Source: Chloropicon primus
Lineage: Eukaryota
DNA length: 64,000 bases
Reading direction: 5' to 3'
Assembly: GCA_023205875.1 (NCBI GenBank)
Contig: CP060756.1
Coordinates: 1-64,000, forward strand
The notes below the pieces were generated by a model. That model was given only the letters and a program-made list of their open reading frames with translations. It had not been told where the DNA came from and made no database searches. Positions 17,910-28,994 of the stretch are shown in pieces; position 1 is the first letter of the stretch; every line of letters begins with the position of its first letter. Both the position numbers and the translations under genes were made by a program.

Positions 17910-18860
17910 ATGGCGGTCGTCACGAGGGGGAGGGGAGAGGGAGAGGTGCTTCGGGGGAGAACCACTTCAACTTCGTGCTCCACTTCTTCTCTTCGGCGAG
18001 GACGACGAGGAGCAGGAAGGTGCAGGTGCAGGGCACGAGGAGGTAAACCGCCACCGCCAGAAACGGGGGAGGAGGGTGGAACCACTACAGCGGTGACTTG
18101 CGATCTCGTCCTCTCCAGTGGATTCCTTGCCTTCGCAAGCCACGCGGGGTTCCTGAAGGGGTGTGAGGGCATGAGGATCAAGGGAATCATGGGCACGAGC
18201 GCCGGTGCGATTACGGGATCCCTGTTCTCCGCGGGCTATTCCGCAGAGGACATCCTCAGGGAGACGACCAGGGACCCCCCGTGGAAGCTGCTGAGACCGA
18301 ACTTGTTCTTCTGGGAGGGGCTGTTCTGTCTGGACGCCGTGGTGGAGCGCATGAGGGAACTGCTTCCGGCCACCTTCGAGGAGCTGACCGAGGTGGATTT
18401 TGCGTGCGCCGTGCTCTCCTCGGAGGGAGCGTACACCGTCGTGGACTCGGGAGCGCTGCCAGAGGCGGTCGTAGCCTCGGCAGCCATACCCTTCTTGTTC
18501 AAGAAGGTGGAGATCCCGGGTAGGGAGGACGAGGGGCCGTTCGCGGATGGCGGGGCGAGGGAACGTGTGGGCCTCGCGCCCTGGAGGGAAAGGGTCAGGG
18601 CCTCGCGGTCGGGGGACCCGCCGCTGGCGCTGGTTCACCTGATCCAAAGGAGCTTTGGTCCATTCTCCGGCAACGACGACATGAGCAGCGTGCAGGAGAC
18701 CCACTACAGCCAAGTGACGAGCCCGAAGAGCGGGGTGACTCTCCTCAGTCTTGGGGATTACGAGAAGCAGTATGAGGAGGCGAGGGCCAGGACCAAGGCG
18801 AGGATAGCAGACCTGGGTCAGCAGGCCCCCCGACGAGTCAAGAGTAAGAAAAAAGTATAA
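17910..18860 (+). CDS. Patatin-like phospholipase, transit-peptide-like N-terminus
   Basis: LVLSSGFLAFASHAG, GTSAG nucleophile elbow, ASAAIP, DGG. Confidence 0.88.
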   Translation: MAVVTRGRGEGEVLRGRTTSTSCSTSSLRRGRRGAGRCRCRARGGKPPPPETGEEGGTTTAVTCDLVLSSGFLAFASHAGFLKGCEGMRIKGIMGTSAGAITGSLFSAGYSAEDILRETTRDPPWKLLRPNLFFWEGLFCLDAVVERMRELLPATFEELTEVDFACAVLSSEGAYTVVDSGALPEAVVASAAIPFLFKKVEIPGREDEGPFADGGARERVGLAPWRERVRASRSGDPPLALVHLIQRSFGPFSGNDDMSSVQETHYSQVTSPKSGVTLLSLGDYEKQYEEARARTKARIADLGQQAPRRVKSKKKV

Positions 18861-18965
18861 ATTACAATTTCTTCGTTTGTTATCTGTTCTTGGCAGGACG
18901 CGTCGCGTGTGCGCACTCCGCCCCAAACACACACGCGTGCGCGCTTTCCCGGCACTGAGCTCGGC

Positions 18966-21176
18966 TCACTCCACCGTGACCGACTTGGCGAGGTTTCTGG
19001 GCTGGTCCACGTTGTAGCCCCGGAGGATGGTGAGGTGGTAGCTCAGCAGCTGGAACGGGACAATGTTCAGGACGGGCTGCAGGCAGTCACAAACGGTGTC
19101 CACCTCGATGAGCCTGACGTTCTTGTTCCCGCTGAAATGGCCGATGATCTCGTCGTCGTCCTTGCTGACAAGCAAGACCAGCCTCCCCTTCCTGGCCAGC
19201 AGCTGCTGGATGGTGCTCCACATCTTCTCCCTCAGCGAGTCCCGGGTCGCCACCACCACCGCCGGCATCGTCTCGTCGATCAGGGCGAGGGGGCCGTGCT
19301 TCAACTCCCCAGCGAGGATCCCCTCGCTGTGCATGTAGCTCAGCTCCTTCACCTTGAGCGCCAGCTCCATCGCCGTGGCGTAATTATAACCCCGTCCGAA
19401 GGCCAGGAGGGAATTCTCGCTCGCCAACTCCTTCGCAAGCTCCTTGATGAGGCTTTCCTTCTCCAAGACCTTCTTCATCATGCTGGGGAGGTTCAGGAGG
19501 TCCCTCATGATTTCTTGCCTCCTGGGCATCTTCGAAATGGAGTCCTCGCTCAGCTTGAGGGCGATCATCACGATCACCAGGATCTGGCAGGTGTAGGCCT
19601 TCGTGCTGGCCACTCCAATCTCCACCCCGGCGTTGACGTGAACCCCGCAGTCGGTCTCCCTCGAGATGGAGCTCCCCACGGTGTTGGTGATCCCCAGGCA
19701 CAAGGCGCCCTTGTGTTTTGCGTACTTCAGGGCGTTCAGGGTGTCCGCTGTCTCGCCCGACTGGGACACGAACACGCAAGTGTCGTCCCTGAAGAGGGGG
19801 GCTTGCCTGTCAAGCAAGTCGCTTGCCAGCTCCAGGGTGACGGGGACGCACGTGAGCTCCTCCACGAGCTGCCTTGCCGCGAGGCAGGCGTGGTAACTGG
19901 TCCCGCAAGCGATGAAGATCAACCTCCTGGACCTCATGATGTTGTCCACGTAGTCCTCCAGGCCACCCAGCTTGATGCACGGAGCCTGGTCAAAGTCCGA
20001 GGACATTCCGGAGCCCAGGGCCCTGATCGAGTCTAGCGACAGGTCTCGGACCGAATCCAGAACCCTAAGGCTCTCCGATGATCTGTCCACTTCCTTCAGG
20101 CTGCTCAGGCTTCCCCTGCGAGCCGTTTGGAGGAGGATCCTCCCCCTCATCGTCTCGATCAACGCGTCCGGCTGCTCGTGGATCTCTTTGATCATGAAGT
20201 GGCTGTAGCCCCCCTTCATGATCTGCTCCACGCCCATTTCCAACGTCTGGAGCATCCTGTTGGTCTGCCTGAGCAAGGAAGGGTCGTTCAAGCTCGGGGC
20301 CGTGTTCCTGGAGCCCTTCTCGAGGGTGAAGATGGAGTACCCGCCTTCCTTGAGGTGCACGACGTCGTTGTCCTCCAAGATGACCACCCTCTTGGTGTGC
20401 TCCACAATGGCGCTGGCGTCGCTCGCAAAGTAGAAATCAGTTTCGCTCTCCTCAAGGCGGTCCACGCAGCCCGAGTTCTGCCTGACGAAAGTGTGACCGT
20501 CCCCCTGATCCCCCTCGGACTTGATCCCCAGCAGCAAGGGCGAGCCGCACTTGCACCCAACGAGCTCCCCCGGGAAGTGCTTGCTCTTGAAAAGGAGGGC
20601 GAACGCGCCCTCGAGCTCCCCGACGACCTGGGAGACCAACTCCCTGAAGCTCACCTTGCCCCTCTGGCTCTCCGTGTACCCGTCGTAGATGTACTTGCAG
20701 AGCTTCGGGATCACCTCCGTGTCGGTATCGGACTCGAACTCGAGGCCCTGGGCGATCAGGAAGTCCTTCAGGCCGCGGTAGTTGGTGATGATCCCGTTGT
20801 GCACGACCGCAAACTCGACGTCTCCCACGGAGTCCCTGACCAGGTGCGGGTGAGAGTTCACCGTGGAGGGGATTCCGTGAGTCGCCCACCTCGTGTGCGC
20901 GATCGCGGCGTGACCTCTCGTGACGGACTCGAAGTCGAGCGAGGCCGTCTTCTCGCCCTGCACGGTCAAGGCCAACCTCTCGGAGAGCTTGTCGATGTTT
21001 CCGACCTCCTTGACGACCATCGTCCTCTTCGAGGAGGAGGAGGAAACATCAAAAACGTCGAAGGCAATTCCGCTGGAGTCGTACCCACGGTACTCGAGAC
21101 GTCGCAGTCCCACGATCAGCTTTTCCGCCACCTCGATCGCTGCCCCCTCCCCCCAAATACCAAAGATGCCACACAT
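18966..21176 (-). CDS. GFAT: Glutamine:fructose-6-phosphate aminotransferase (GFAT)
   Basis: MCGIFG N-terminal Cys, RLEYRGYDSSG, IAHTRWATHG, SQSGETADT, GVASTKAYT, PRNLAKSVTVE C-terminus. Confidence 0.97.
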   Translation of the reverse strand: MCGIFGIWGEGAAIEVAEKLIVGLRRLEYRGYDSSGIAFDVFDVSSSSSKRTMVVKEVGNIDKLSERLALTVQGEKTASLDFESVTRGHAAIAHTRWATHGIPSTVNSHPHLVRDSVGDVEFAVVHNGIITNYRGLKDFLIAQGLEFESDTDTEVIPKLCKYIYDGYTESQRGKVSFRELVSQVVGELEGAFALLFKSKHFPGELVGCKCGSPLLLGIKSEGDQGDGHTFVRQNSGCVDRLEESETDFYFASDASAIVEHTKRVVILEDNDVVHLKEGGYSIFTLEKGSRNTAPSLNDPSLLRQTNRMLQTLEMGVEQIMKGGYSHFMIKEIHEQPDALIETMRGRILLQTARRGSLSSLKEVDRSSESLRVLDSVRDLSLDSIRALGSGMSSDFDQAPCIKLGGLEDYVDNIMRSRRLIFIACGTSYHACLAARQLVEELTCVPVTLELASDLLDRQAPLFRDDTCVFVSQSGETADTLNALKYAKHKGALCLGITNTVGSSISRETDCGVHVNAGVEIGVASTKAYTCQILVIVMIALKLSEDSISKMPRRQEIMRDLLNLPSMMKKVLEKESLIKELAKELASENSLLAFGRGYNYATAMELALKVKELSYMHSEGILAGELKHGPLALIDETMPAVVVATRDSLREKMWSTIQQLLARKGRLVLLVSKDDDEIIGHFSGNKNVRLIEVDTVCDCLQPVLNIVPFQLLSYHLTILRGYNVDQPRNLAKSVTVE

Positions 21177-21472
21177 ATTGTTTTTGAGAACACACAATGA
21201 CGATCGCTTCGCGCGTCTCTTGTGTCGCGTCTCTTGTGTCGTGTGTCGTGTGTCGTGTGTCGTGTGTCGTGTTCGTTCGTGTCAACGGTCCTCGCCCACA
21301 ACAAGCCCCTCCCGTACCTCGTCCCGGCTCTCGTTGTTCGCCGTCCCTCGTGTGTCGTGTGTCCTCTCCTCTTCCGCGGCCCAACCAAAAGTCAGGTATG
21401 ATCACATGATCGCGGCATCACGATCACACACGATCGATCACGCGCGGCGCAGAGGAGGAGGAGGAGGGGAGG

Positions 21473-22402
21473 ATGCCGGAGTTGCCGGAAGTGGAGCGGG
21501 CCAAGGACCTGATCCGGGACGAGGTCGTGGGGAGGACGATAGTCGAGGTCAACAACGTGGACGATCACAAGGTCATCCAAGGCGTCGATGAACCAAAGGA
21601 ACTCGAGAAACACCTCGTGGGATGGAAGGTGACTGGAGTCAAGAGGAAAGGGAAGTACCTGGTGCTGGAACTGGAGGAGGGGGGAGGGAACTCTCCGAGT
21701 TCCTCGGACTCGAACTCGGCGTCGAAACAGTGGATCACCGCCCACTTCGGGATGACGGGATCCTTCCTGGTAAAGGGCTTGAAGCCAGGCATCGTGTACA
21801 AATCCTTCGACGTGGACGAGTCCTCTTGGCCCCCGAGGTTTTGGAAGGTTTGCGTCGTGTTCAGTGACGGAACTGAGCTGTCGTTCGTCGACGCGAGACG
21901 CTTCGGGAGGTTCAAGATCTCCCGATGCGATCCAATGTTGTCCAAACCGTTGTGCGACCTCGGGCCAGACGCCTTGCTCGAGCCACCATCCTGCACGGAG
22001 TTGCACAACCTTCTCCTCCAGAGGAAGGGGGCCATCAAAGCCGTTCTCCTGGACCAGTCCTTTTTGAGTGGCATCGGCAACTGGGTCGGTGACGAGATCC
22101 TGTTCCAATCGTCCATTCACCCTGAGCAGCCGGCCAACACCCTCACCGCGGACCAGTCGAGGGCCTTGCACTCGGCGATGGAGCACGTACTTGTCACGGC
22201 CACTTCAGCGAACGCGGACTCGTCGAAGTTCCCCTCGTCTTGGCTGTTTCACTCGAGGTGGACGGGAAAGAAAGCCACGAAAGTGGAGGGGGGAAAGCAA
22301 GTGAAGTTCATCACCGTCGGGGGAAGAACTTCCGCCTTCGTGCCGAGCGTCCAAAAGAAGACGGGCAGGGCCGATTCCAAAAAGAGGAAGAGCAGAAGCT
22401 AG
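21473..22402 (+). CDS. FPG: Formamidopyrimidine-DNA glycosylase (plant/fungal-type Fpg)
   Basis: MPELPEVE, RKGKYL, HFGMTG, DARRFGR, LLDQSFLSGIGNWVGDEIL, zincless C-terminal VGGRTSAFVP. Confidence 0.95.
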   Translation: MPELPEVERAKDLIRDEVVGRTIVEVNNVDDHKVIQGVDEPKELEKHLVGWKVTGVKRKGKYLVLELEEGGGNSPSSSDSNSASKQWITAHFGMTGSFLVKGLKPGIVYKSFDVDESSWPPRFWKVCVVFSDGTELSFVDARRFGRFKISRCDPMLSKPLCDLGPDALLEPPSCTELHNLLLQRKGAIKAVLLDQSFLSGIGNWVGDEILFQSSIHPEQPANTLTADQSRALHSAMEHVLVTATSANADSSKFPSSWLFHSRWTGKKATKVEGGKQVKFITVGGRTSAFVPSVQKKTGRADSKKRKSRS

Positions 22403-22463
22403 AGCACACGACACGACGTGCTGTACGTTACTTGTACAATATATTGTTACTTTGGTGCCCGCC

Positions 22464-23513
22464 TCAAAGCTCGAAGAACACCGGGGGAGGTTCCTCGCAC
22501 AGTCGGATTTCATGGCCCGTCACGGGATGTTCGAAGCGCAAGCGCCTCGCCCACAGGAACATCCCTTTGTCCTGAGGAATGAGCTCGAGCAAGGCAGGGG
22601 GGCACCATTTCAAGTCGCCCACAATCGGGTGGCCGATCCCCGACAAGTGCTTTCTGATCTGATTCCGCCTCCCGGTCTTGGGGAAGAGGGTGACCTCCGT
22701 GACCACGGCGGCACCCCCTGCCGTGTACGTTCTTCCCCTCTCGAATCGCGTGACGGCCTCCTTTCCCTCCACGGGCTTGTCGATAATCCCGGACTCCTCC
22801 TCGAGCTTCCCGTGGACGATCGCAAAGTACTCCTTGCTGATATCGCGTTCGCTGAACGCTTTGGACAACGCCTGCATCGCAACCGAAGTCTTCGCCACGA
22901 GCAGGAGACCGCCCGTGAGCATATCCAAACGATGGCACAACCTGGGCCGGTGCATCGAGCCGCCACTCTCCTCGACCGAGGCCTTCGTAGGTTCCAGCAA
23001 ATGCGCAACCAACGAATTGGCGCACTCGTACCCCTTGCCGTGCGAAAGCATGCCCCTCGGTTTGACCATGACCCCGAGGTGGTCGTCTTCGTAGACCACT
23101 TTGATCGTTTTGACGGTTTCGGCAACTTCCTTCGGCAGATAGATCGACAAGTCCTTCGTGATCGTCGTCCGATTGGTGACGGTCACAAGGTCGCTGGTGC
23201 TGACCTTCCCCGAGCACCTCATGACCTTGTCGTTCACCATGACAAGCTTCCTCCTCGCAGCATTCTTGGCCGAACTTTTCTCTTTGAAGAGCTCGGGGAA
23301 GAGCGCCAGCAGAGCATCAGTCAGAGGTTTTTCCTCTTCCCAATCCGCTTGACATTCCGCGACAACCTCGTACCCCTCCCTGATCCCCCGTTCCCTCCCT
23401 CCTGCTGTCACCATGTTCCAGTTGTTCGTTCCCCTTGTCCTGGGTCTCCGCCCCAACCACGAGAACGAGTCCCTCCTCGGCCTCAGCTTCGGCCTCACCA
23501 CCGCCCGCTCCAT
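22464..23513 (-). CDS. RluA-family pseudouridine synthase with S4-like domain
   Basis: VVYEDDHLGVMVKPRG, HRLDMLTGGLL, KEYFAIVHG, TGRRNQIRKHL, GHPIVGD; start uncertain. Confidence 0.9.
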   Translation of the reverse strand: MERAVVRPKLRPRRDSFSWLGRRPRTRGTNNWNMVTAGGRERGIREGYEVVAECQADWEEEKPLTDALLALFPELFKEKSSAKNAARRKLVMVNDKVMRCSGKVSTSDLVTVTNRTTITKDLSIYLPKEVAETVKTIKVVYEDDHLGVMVKPRGMLSHGKGYECANSLVAHLLEPTKASVEESGGSMHRPRLCHRLDMLTGGLLLVAKTSVAMQALSKAFSERDISKEYFAIVHGKLEEESGIIDKPVEGKEAVTRFERGRTYTAGGAAVVTEVTLFPKTGRRNQIRKHLSGIGHPIVGDLKWCPPALLELIPQDKGMFLWARRLRFEHPVTGHEIRLCEEPPPVFFEL

Positions 23514-23694
23514 CGGCCTGGCATCCCCCTGCCGACGACGACGAACGACGCCGGTGCTGCGTCTCGGACCCACCTCCGCTCCCTTCCGACGACGGACGAC
23601 GGACGACGCTGGTGGCTGGTGAAGTTTTCTCCCCTTCCTCTGGCCAGTTGTGGATAAGGCTGGGCGACGGAGGACGAGGACGAGGACGGTGGGG

Positions 23695-25279
23695 ATGGCG
23701 AGGGCGGTGCCTTCGTGCGGGGCCTGGACGTCGCCGCGCAACAAGACAACCTGGAGGAAAGGCGGAGGGAGTTCTGGGATACCTGGAAGGAGAACGAGGA
23801 CGAGGACGAGGACGAGGAGGATGAGGGCGAAAGCCAAGTTTTCCTCGGCTCCGGGGCTCCCCCTGCCGGCGCCCACCGTCTCCAATGTGGAGGGCACGTA
23901 AGTGACTCGCAGTTGCGTTGGATTAGGATGGCACCGACTCTGACTTGCTCGATCCCTTTGCTCTCTCTCTCTCTCTCTTTGGTTGCTTGGTTCAGGTGGG
24001 CAAACGACACGATGAGCAGGCGGATTAGGGAGGAGATCCTGCAGAACATGGTGATCCGGGACAATTGGGGCGACTTGAGCGAGGCGTCCAGGCAGAGGCT
24101 GAAGGAGTTCGTATCCGAGCTGGAGCGAACGTCCGAGGTGGCGCTGCGACCGATATCGGAGGACGGCGGCTTCGACACCGCCGCTTGGAACGAGATCGTC
24201 GAGCAGCACGCGGGGCAGTCCTGGCTCGACGCCAGTTGGGTCGTCACCGAATATTACTTCTACCGGCGAGTCCTTGAGGCTGTTGGCTACTTCAGAGATG
24301 AGCTCGGCGATCCGTTCGAGAAGCAGAAGCAGAACGGGTTGAACGCAAGCTTTCCTGCGCTCAAGCCCTTGGCCAAGCTCATGAAGCAGGCCCTCTCGTC
24401 TGGGCCGGAGGAGACGGAGTTCTATTTCAAAGCCCTTTTGCTCACTTCCTTGTGGGGAAACAGGATGGATCTCAGCATTTGGCCCGCCGAGGAGGCGTCG
24501 GATTCGGAGAGCACCGCAAGGGCAAAGGATGCCATGAACGAGGTCCTGGCCAGCTCGAGCAAGATGCTGCTCGCGGACCACAGCGACCGCGTCTGGAAAG
24601 CAGCAGCAGGTAAGTTGCGAAGCGGGAACCCTTGAACAAGATTGGGTGCTGACTTTTCCTCTTCCTCCTTGCACCAGCGTCGTCGGCCTCGGGATCGGGA
24701 AGAAGGTTCGACATCATCGCAGACAACGCTGGGTTCGAGCTGATCACGGACCTTTGCCTTGCAGACTTTTTGGTTTCCTCCGGGCTGGCGACCAAAGTGG
24801 TCATCCACCTGAAGCAGTACCCCGTCTTCGTATCGGACGCCATGGAAAAGGACGTGTGGCAGCATATCCACGCCCTCGCCGGGGACGAGGGAGTCCCCGA
24901 GGACATGAGGTCAGTCGCCTCAAGGTGGGCCTCCATGGTGGAGGAGGGGCACTGGGAGCTCAGGGAAAATGGCTTCTGGTGCCTGCCCTTGGCGTTTTGG
25001 GAGATGCCAGACGACCTGAAGGCTCACTTCGAGGGGAGCGCGATGGCCATCGTGAAGGGGGACGCGAACTACAGGAGGCAAATCGGGGAGCGGACCTGGG
25101 ACTTTTCCACCCCGTTCGAGGAGATCTCCTCGTACTGGGGCTGCCCCGTGTGCTGCCTGCGAACGATGAAGTCTGAGGTTGCTTGCGGGGTCTCGGAGGC
25201 CGACCAGAAGAGGGCGAGAGAGGAAGACAGTGGCTGGCTGGTCACGGGCCGGTATGGAGTCGTGCATGCGAAAACTTGA
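23695..25279 (+). CDS. Damage-control phosphatase, ARMT1/DUF89 family; introns 23898-23995 and 24610-24677
   Basis: EYYFYRR, DPFEKQK, SLWGNRMDLS, IIADNAGFEL, FVSDA, IVKGDANYRR, LRTMKSE joined across GT-AG introns. Confidence 0.9.
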
Positions 25280-25304
25280 ACCTTGTCCACTACACGAGAA
25301 CGCC

Positions 25305-25871
25305 TTACGCTTCGAACATTTTCATCCTCTCGAGAATCGACGGCTTGATCGCACGGCGCTGAGACCCCCCTGCCTGTTTCTCGAATTGGTCTTGCTTCTT
25401 CTTGACCTGGCTCTCCTCCTCCCCCTTGTCGCTCCCGGGACTGAACTGCTGGAGCTTGGACTCGAACTCCTCCTTCTTGGCGGCCCTCTCCTCTGCCGGG
25501 CTCGGCGGTGGGGTCAAACCCTTCTCGAATTGTTCGGCCACCTGGAGGGCCTCCCTCATCCCCGAATCCAGCCTCTCCGCGCGAGGGCTGGTCTCCTTGG
25601 CCTTCCCCGGCGAAGAAGTGTAGATCCCCTCCGCGTTCTCCGCGTTCTGGATCTGCAGGAGCTTGTCCCTGAGAGGCGAAGTCGACCCCGGCGGAGCCGT
25701 CTTCTCGCTCCTCACCTTCTCGAACGCGGTCTTCCTTGGCGATCTCTCCGGACTCCTCTCGAGCGCTTCCGTCCTCAGCTGCTTGACGTTAAAGTCCACC
25801 CTCGCTCTCGCGGGCGAGTTCTCCAAACCCGTGATGGAAACCTTACACTCGGGCGAAGTCGGTGCCTCCAT
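25305..25871 (-). CDS. Hypothetical disordered, SP-rich protein (188 aa)
   Basis: Coding-like GC3 bias from MEAPTSP; many SP sites; C-terminal SILERMKMFE. Confidence 0.6.
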   Translation of the reverse strand: MEAPTSPECKVSITGLENSPARARVDFNVKQLRTEALERSPERSPRKTAFEKVRSEKTAPPGSTSPLRDKLLQIQNAENAEGIYTSSPGKAKETSPRAERLDSGMREALQVAEQFEKGLTPPPSPAEERAAKKEEFESKLQQFSPGSDKGEEESQVKKKQDQFEKQAGGSQRRAIKPSILERMKMFEA

Positions 25872-26179
25872 GTCTCCTTCGTCTCCTTCGTCTCCTTCGT
25901 CTCCCCGTTCTCTCCCTCCCCGCTGCGCACCTCGTCTCCCCCGAGGAAGCGTTATGTTTTGCCCGCCCCGTCCTCCTCTCCGCTCCGTCCTCTGGGGCGG
26001 GTTCGAATTTCTCAGAGAAAGGTGCGCGGGTCCCAAGGACAAGGACAAGGACAAGGACGATGGAAGCCAGGAGGAGAGGGAGACCCGCTGCTGCGGGGGG
26101 GAGGGGAAGGGTGTGACGGCACGGGGGGGATCCAATACCACCGGATCCAATACAAGGGACGGGAACTCCTGGACTCGAC

Positions 26180-27988
26180 ATGGAGGGGGGGGAGAGAGGG
26201 GGGGCGGGGTGTGCCACAACGAGTGGGAAAGGGAACTTGCTCCAAGATGTGGACGGGTGTTGTCGGGAGTTGTACGGGCTGTTGCGGGAGCGGAACGTCC
26301 TCGGGGAGTCTTGCCCGGGGGTTCACTTGCAGGACACGGTGGTGTTCGGGGCCGAGGGGGAGGTGGAGGCGTGGTATTTCACCTCCGCGAAGAAGAAAAG
26401 GAGGCAGGGGGGCGCGGTGGGAGACCAGGGGGGGCAGCTGCTGAAGAAGCACTCGCGTCACTGCACGGTGCAGAGGATACTCGAGGAGTGGTCCAAGGAC
26501 GTGAGGAAGGGCTCGCGGTCCCCCACGGACTGCGCGGCTTACCTCCTGTACCCGGACTCCAGCGGCTTGCCGGGGCCACACCTCGACCAGGAGACGGGGA
26601 CCAACCTCGAGTTCCTCGACTGGTTCCAAGCAGAAGCTTTTCTTCACAAGGGGGAGTTCCCAAAGTATGGGGTATTGCAGAGGGCGGCAGGGGGCAGCAG
26701 GGAGAGGGAGGCGCGCAACAGCGTCATCTGCGTGACTTGGTCTCCAAAGCTTTGCCTGGTGGAGAGGAGGACGAACTGCAACAGAGTGGACGACACCCAG
26801 GTCCCTCTGCACGAGAGGATGATCACCTTCGAGGGCCGTGAGAGCTTTCGACTGAGCACGAGCGCGCCCCTGAGTGGCACGAAAGTCGCCGAGCTCGTGC
26901 AGGGTGCGTGCAAAAGCATCGTCGATCACGTCGGAGCCGTGACGCGCCGAGAGCAGAACATTGTCAGGCTCGTTGCGTATTTCAAAGTGGAGTCTAGCCT
27001 GAGGGTCTCGCTGCTGTGGTGCTCGTCCCTAAGGCTTTTGCACCGTGTCCCCGGATCCCCTGGCTTGTTTGCCTCCCTGAGAGTCAACCTGGACCCAAAC
27101 ATTCGGGTGAAGCGGGGGACCATAGCGTCCAGGAGACAGGGCAGAAGGGTGTGGAGGATAGGGGATTTCGAGTGCCCCTCCTGCAGCAAAGTGTTCGAGA
27201 AGAGGGAAAGGTGCGAGGTCATGTATAAGACGATAATAGCGCACCACGAAAAGGAGTCGGGGGGCCAGGCCAACGAGTCAAGAACCGTTCCGGATGTGCT
27301 CGCGAGGACAGAAGGCCCTTCTCTGAACGCAAAAAAGTTTGCGGACGTGGCGAGCAACCCCGCCTTCCTCTACAAGACCTGCTACATGTGCGTGGACTGT
27401 TGCCTTGATTACACGTCAACAGCTTTGGAGGACTTGTCCGCGGCGAATCCTGCGAGCATGATGGTGGGGATGACAGGGGAGTTCTCTGGGCCCGAGCTCC
27501 AGAGCTACAACATATTGAACCTCATGATGGAGGAGGAAGGCCTGCTGGGGGAACACCAAGGGGAAGGGGAAGCTGACAAGGCCAAGGCGTGCCGAGGGAG
27601 GCCTCTGTCTGCCTCGCAGGCGCAAAGCAAGTCCAAGGGGGGCGACAAGGGCAAGAAGGTATTGAGGTCCCGGCCAAATTCCGCGGCAATCAGGAGACTT
27701 TCGCAGCCCAAGACGAACCGAGAGGCTCTGGGGTCGAGGGGCACCGCCAGGGAGAACAACCTCATCGTTGGTGCGGAGCCAAAGGCGGGAAAGATTGCCT
27801 GGGATTCTGGCCAGGGAGGGAAGGTGGCCTTTTCTTACGACAACTTTCTTGAGGAGCTGGGTGCCGAGGAGGAGAGGGGGTCCGAGACCTTGGACCCGGC
27901 GTCGAGCGATATTCCGATGGACAGGTTTATGAAGATAAACAACCTCACCGAGGAAGAGCTCGAGTACTTGAAGACTGTGCTTGACTAA
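26180..27988 (+). CDS. Uncharacterised protein (602 aa) with two CxxC pairs
   Basis: Long ORF with globular-looking N-terminal half; ECPSC and CYMCVDC; function not recognised. Confidence 0.75.
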   Translation: MEGGERGGAGCATTSGKGNLLQDVDGCCRELYGLLRERNVLGESCPGVHLQDTVVFGAEGEVEAWYFTSAKKKRRQGGAVGDQGGQLLKKHSRHCTVQRILEEWSKDVRKGSRSPTDCAAYLLYPDSSGLPGPHLDQETGTNLEFLDWFQAEAFLHKGEFPKYGVLQRAAGGSREREARNSVICVTWSPKLCLVERRTNCNRVDDTQVPLHERMITFEGRESFRLSTSAPLSGTKVAELVQGACKSIVDHVGAVTRREQNIVRLVAYFKVESSLRVSLLWCSSLRLLHRVPGSPGLFASLRVNLDPNIRVKRGTIASRRQGRRVWRIGDFECPSCSKVFEKRERCEVMYKTIIAHHEKESGGQANESRTVPDVLARTEGPSLNAKKFADVASNPAFLYKTCYMCVDCCLDYTSTALEDLSAANPASMMVGMTGEFSGPELQSYNILNLMMEEEGLLGEHQGEGEADKAKACRGRPLSASQAQSKSKGGDKGKKVLRSRPNSAAIRRLSQPKTNREALGSRGTARENNLIVGAEPKAGKIAWDSGQGGKVAFSYDNFLEELGAEEERGSETLDPASSDIPMDRFMKINNLTEEELEYLKTVLD

Positions 27989-28994
27989 GGCATCTTTATC
28001 TTTGTGCCGTTGTTGTTGTTGTGATGAAATCTTTTCTTTTTCTTCTCTTGGACAATCTCTTCCTTGAGAAACTCGTGTCCTTGGTTTGGCCTGCAGCATC
28101 CCAAAAGATCACTTGACGACGCGGGTGGTGGTGTTCGTCGAGAACCTTGCGCAAGGTCGGTGACGGCGACGGGGGGAGGTGTTGAACGAACGGAAGGGCA
28201 TCTCAAGGGCTTTTTCGATTGATACCTCGGCTGACGGTTTTGGCAAAAAGGAGTGGTCTCTTTGAGAGGACAGCCTCCTTGCCGCCGCAGCAGCAGCAGA
28301 GGCAGAGGCAGAGTTGTATTGGTATTGTGGCGCACGACCGTGACGGACGGTCTCCCACTCCCACGTCATGGTGTGTTGGCCGCTGTGGGTTTTTGAGAAG
28401 ATCTTGGTTTCCAATTGTGAGATTTGGTTTGGATTTGGATGGTTCGTGTTCCTCTTGTTCTGTTGGTGGTTGTACATCTTCGTTCTTCGTTCTTCGTTCT
28501 TCCTTTCCTGAGGTCTCCTCTCGTCGTCCTAATATCCTAATAGAACACAACACACAACATGCCCTGCCATGCAGGACGGGCCCGAACCCCGCGCCGAACA
28601 CGGCCGGTTTCCTTGTGTGTGTGTTGCATCTCCTAATACAACAACAACGACCCTGTGGATCCTCTTCCTATTGTCTTGTCTTGTCCCCGTCTTGGGTCTT
28701 GGGTCTTGGGTCTTGGGTCTTGGGGTCTTGCCTCCTCAGGACAGGGTGTGCGGAGATATCAATATCCCCCTTGGCCTTGGGTTCTGGAGCACGCCAAACG
28801 AAAGGAGAGAGGACAGCACACACACACCAGACGGACACTGACAACGCACACAACACAAAGACACAGGGAACTGGGACAACGAGCCCGGCCCTGGGACCAA
28901 CAGGGAGGGACACAACACAAAGACACCTTGACTTGACCTGGCCTTGATTGGGTTTCGACGAGATCTTGGTTTGGCTTGCGGGCGGTCACAAGTC

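Noticed and set aside
22464..24674. 736-aa RluA fusion
   Set aside because: The upstream half is the antisense of the ARMT1-like gene.
25985..26020. GGTTCGAAT as a tRNA T-loop
   Set aside because: No cloverleaf or A-box could be built; no tRNA or rRNA was recognised in the window.
27990..28990. ORFs in low-complexity intergenic tracts (also 31700-32300, 42760-43900, 46190-47000)
   Set aside because: Translations are microsatellite-derived with no coding bias; probably promoters and UTRs.
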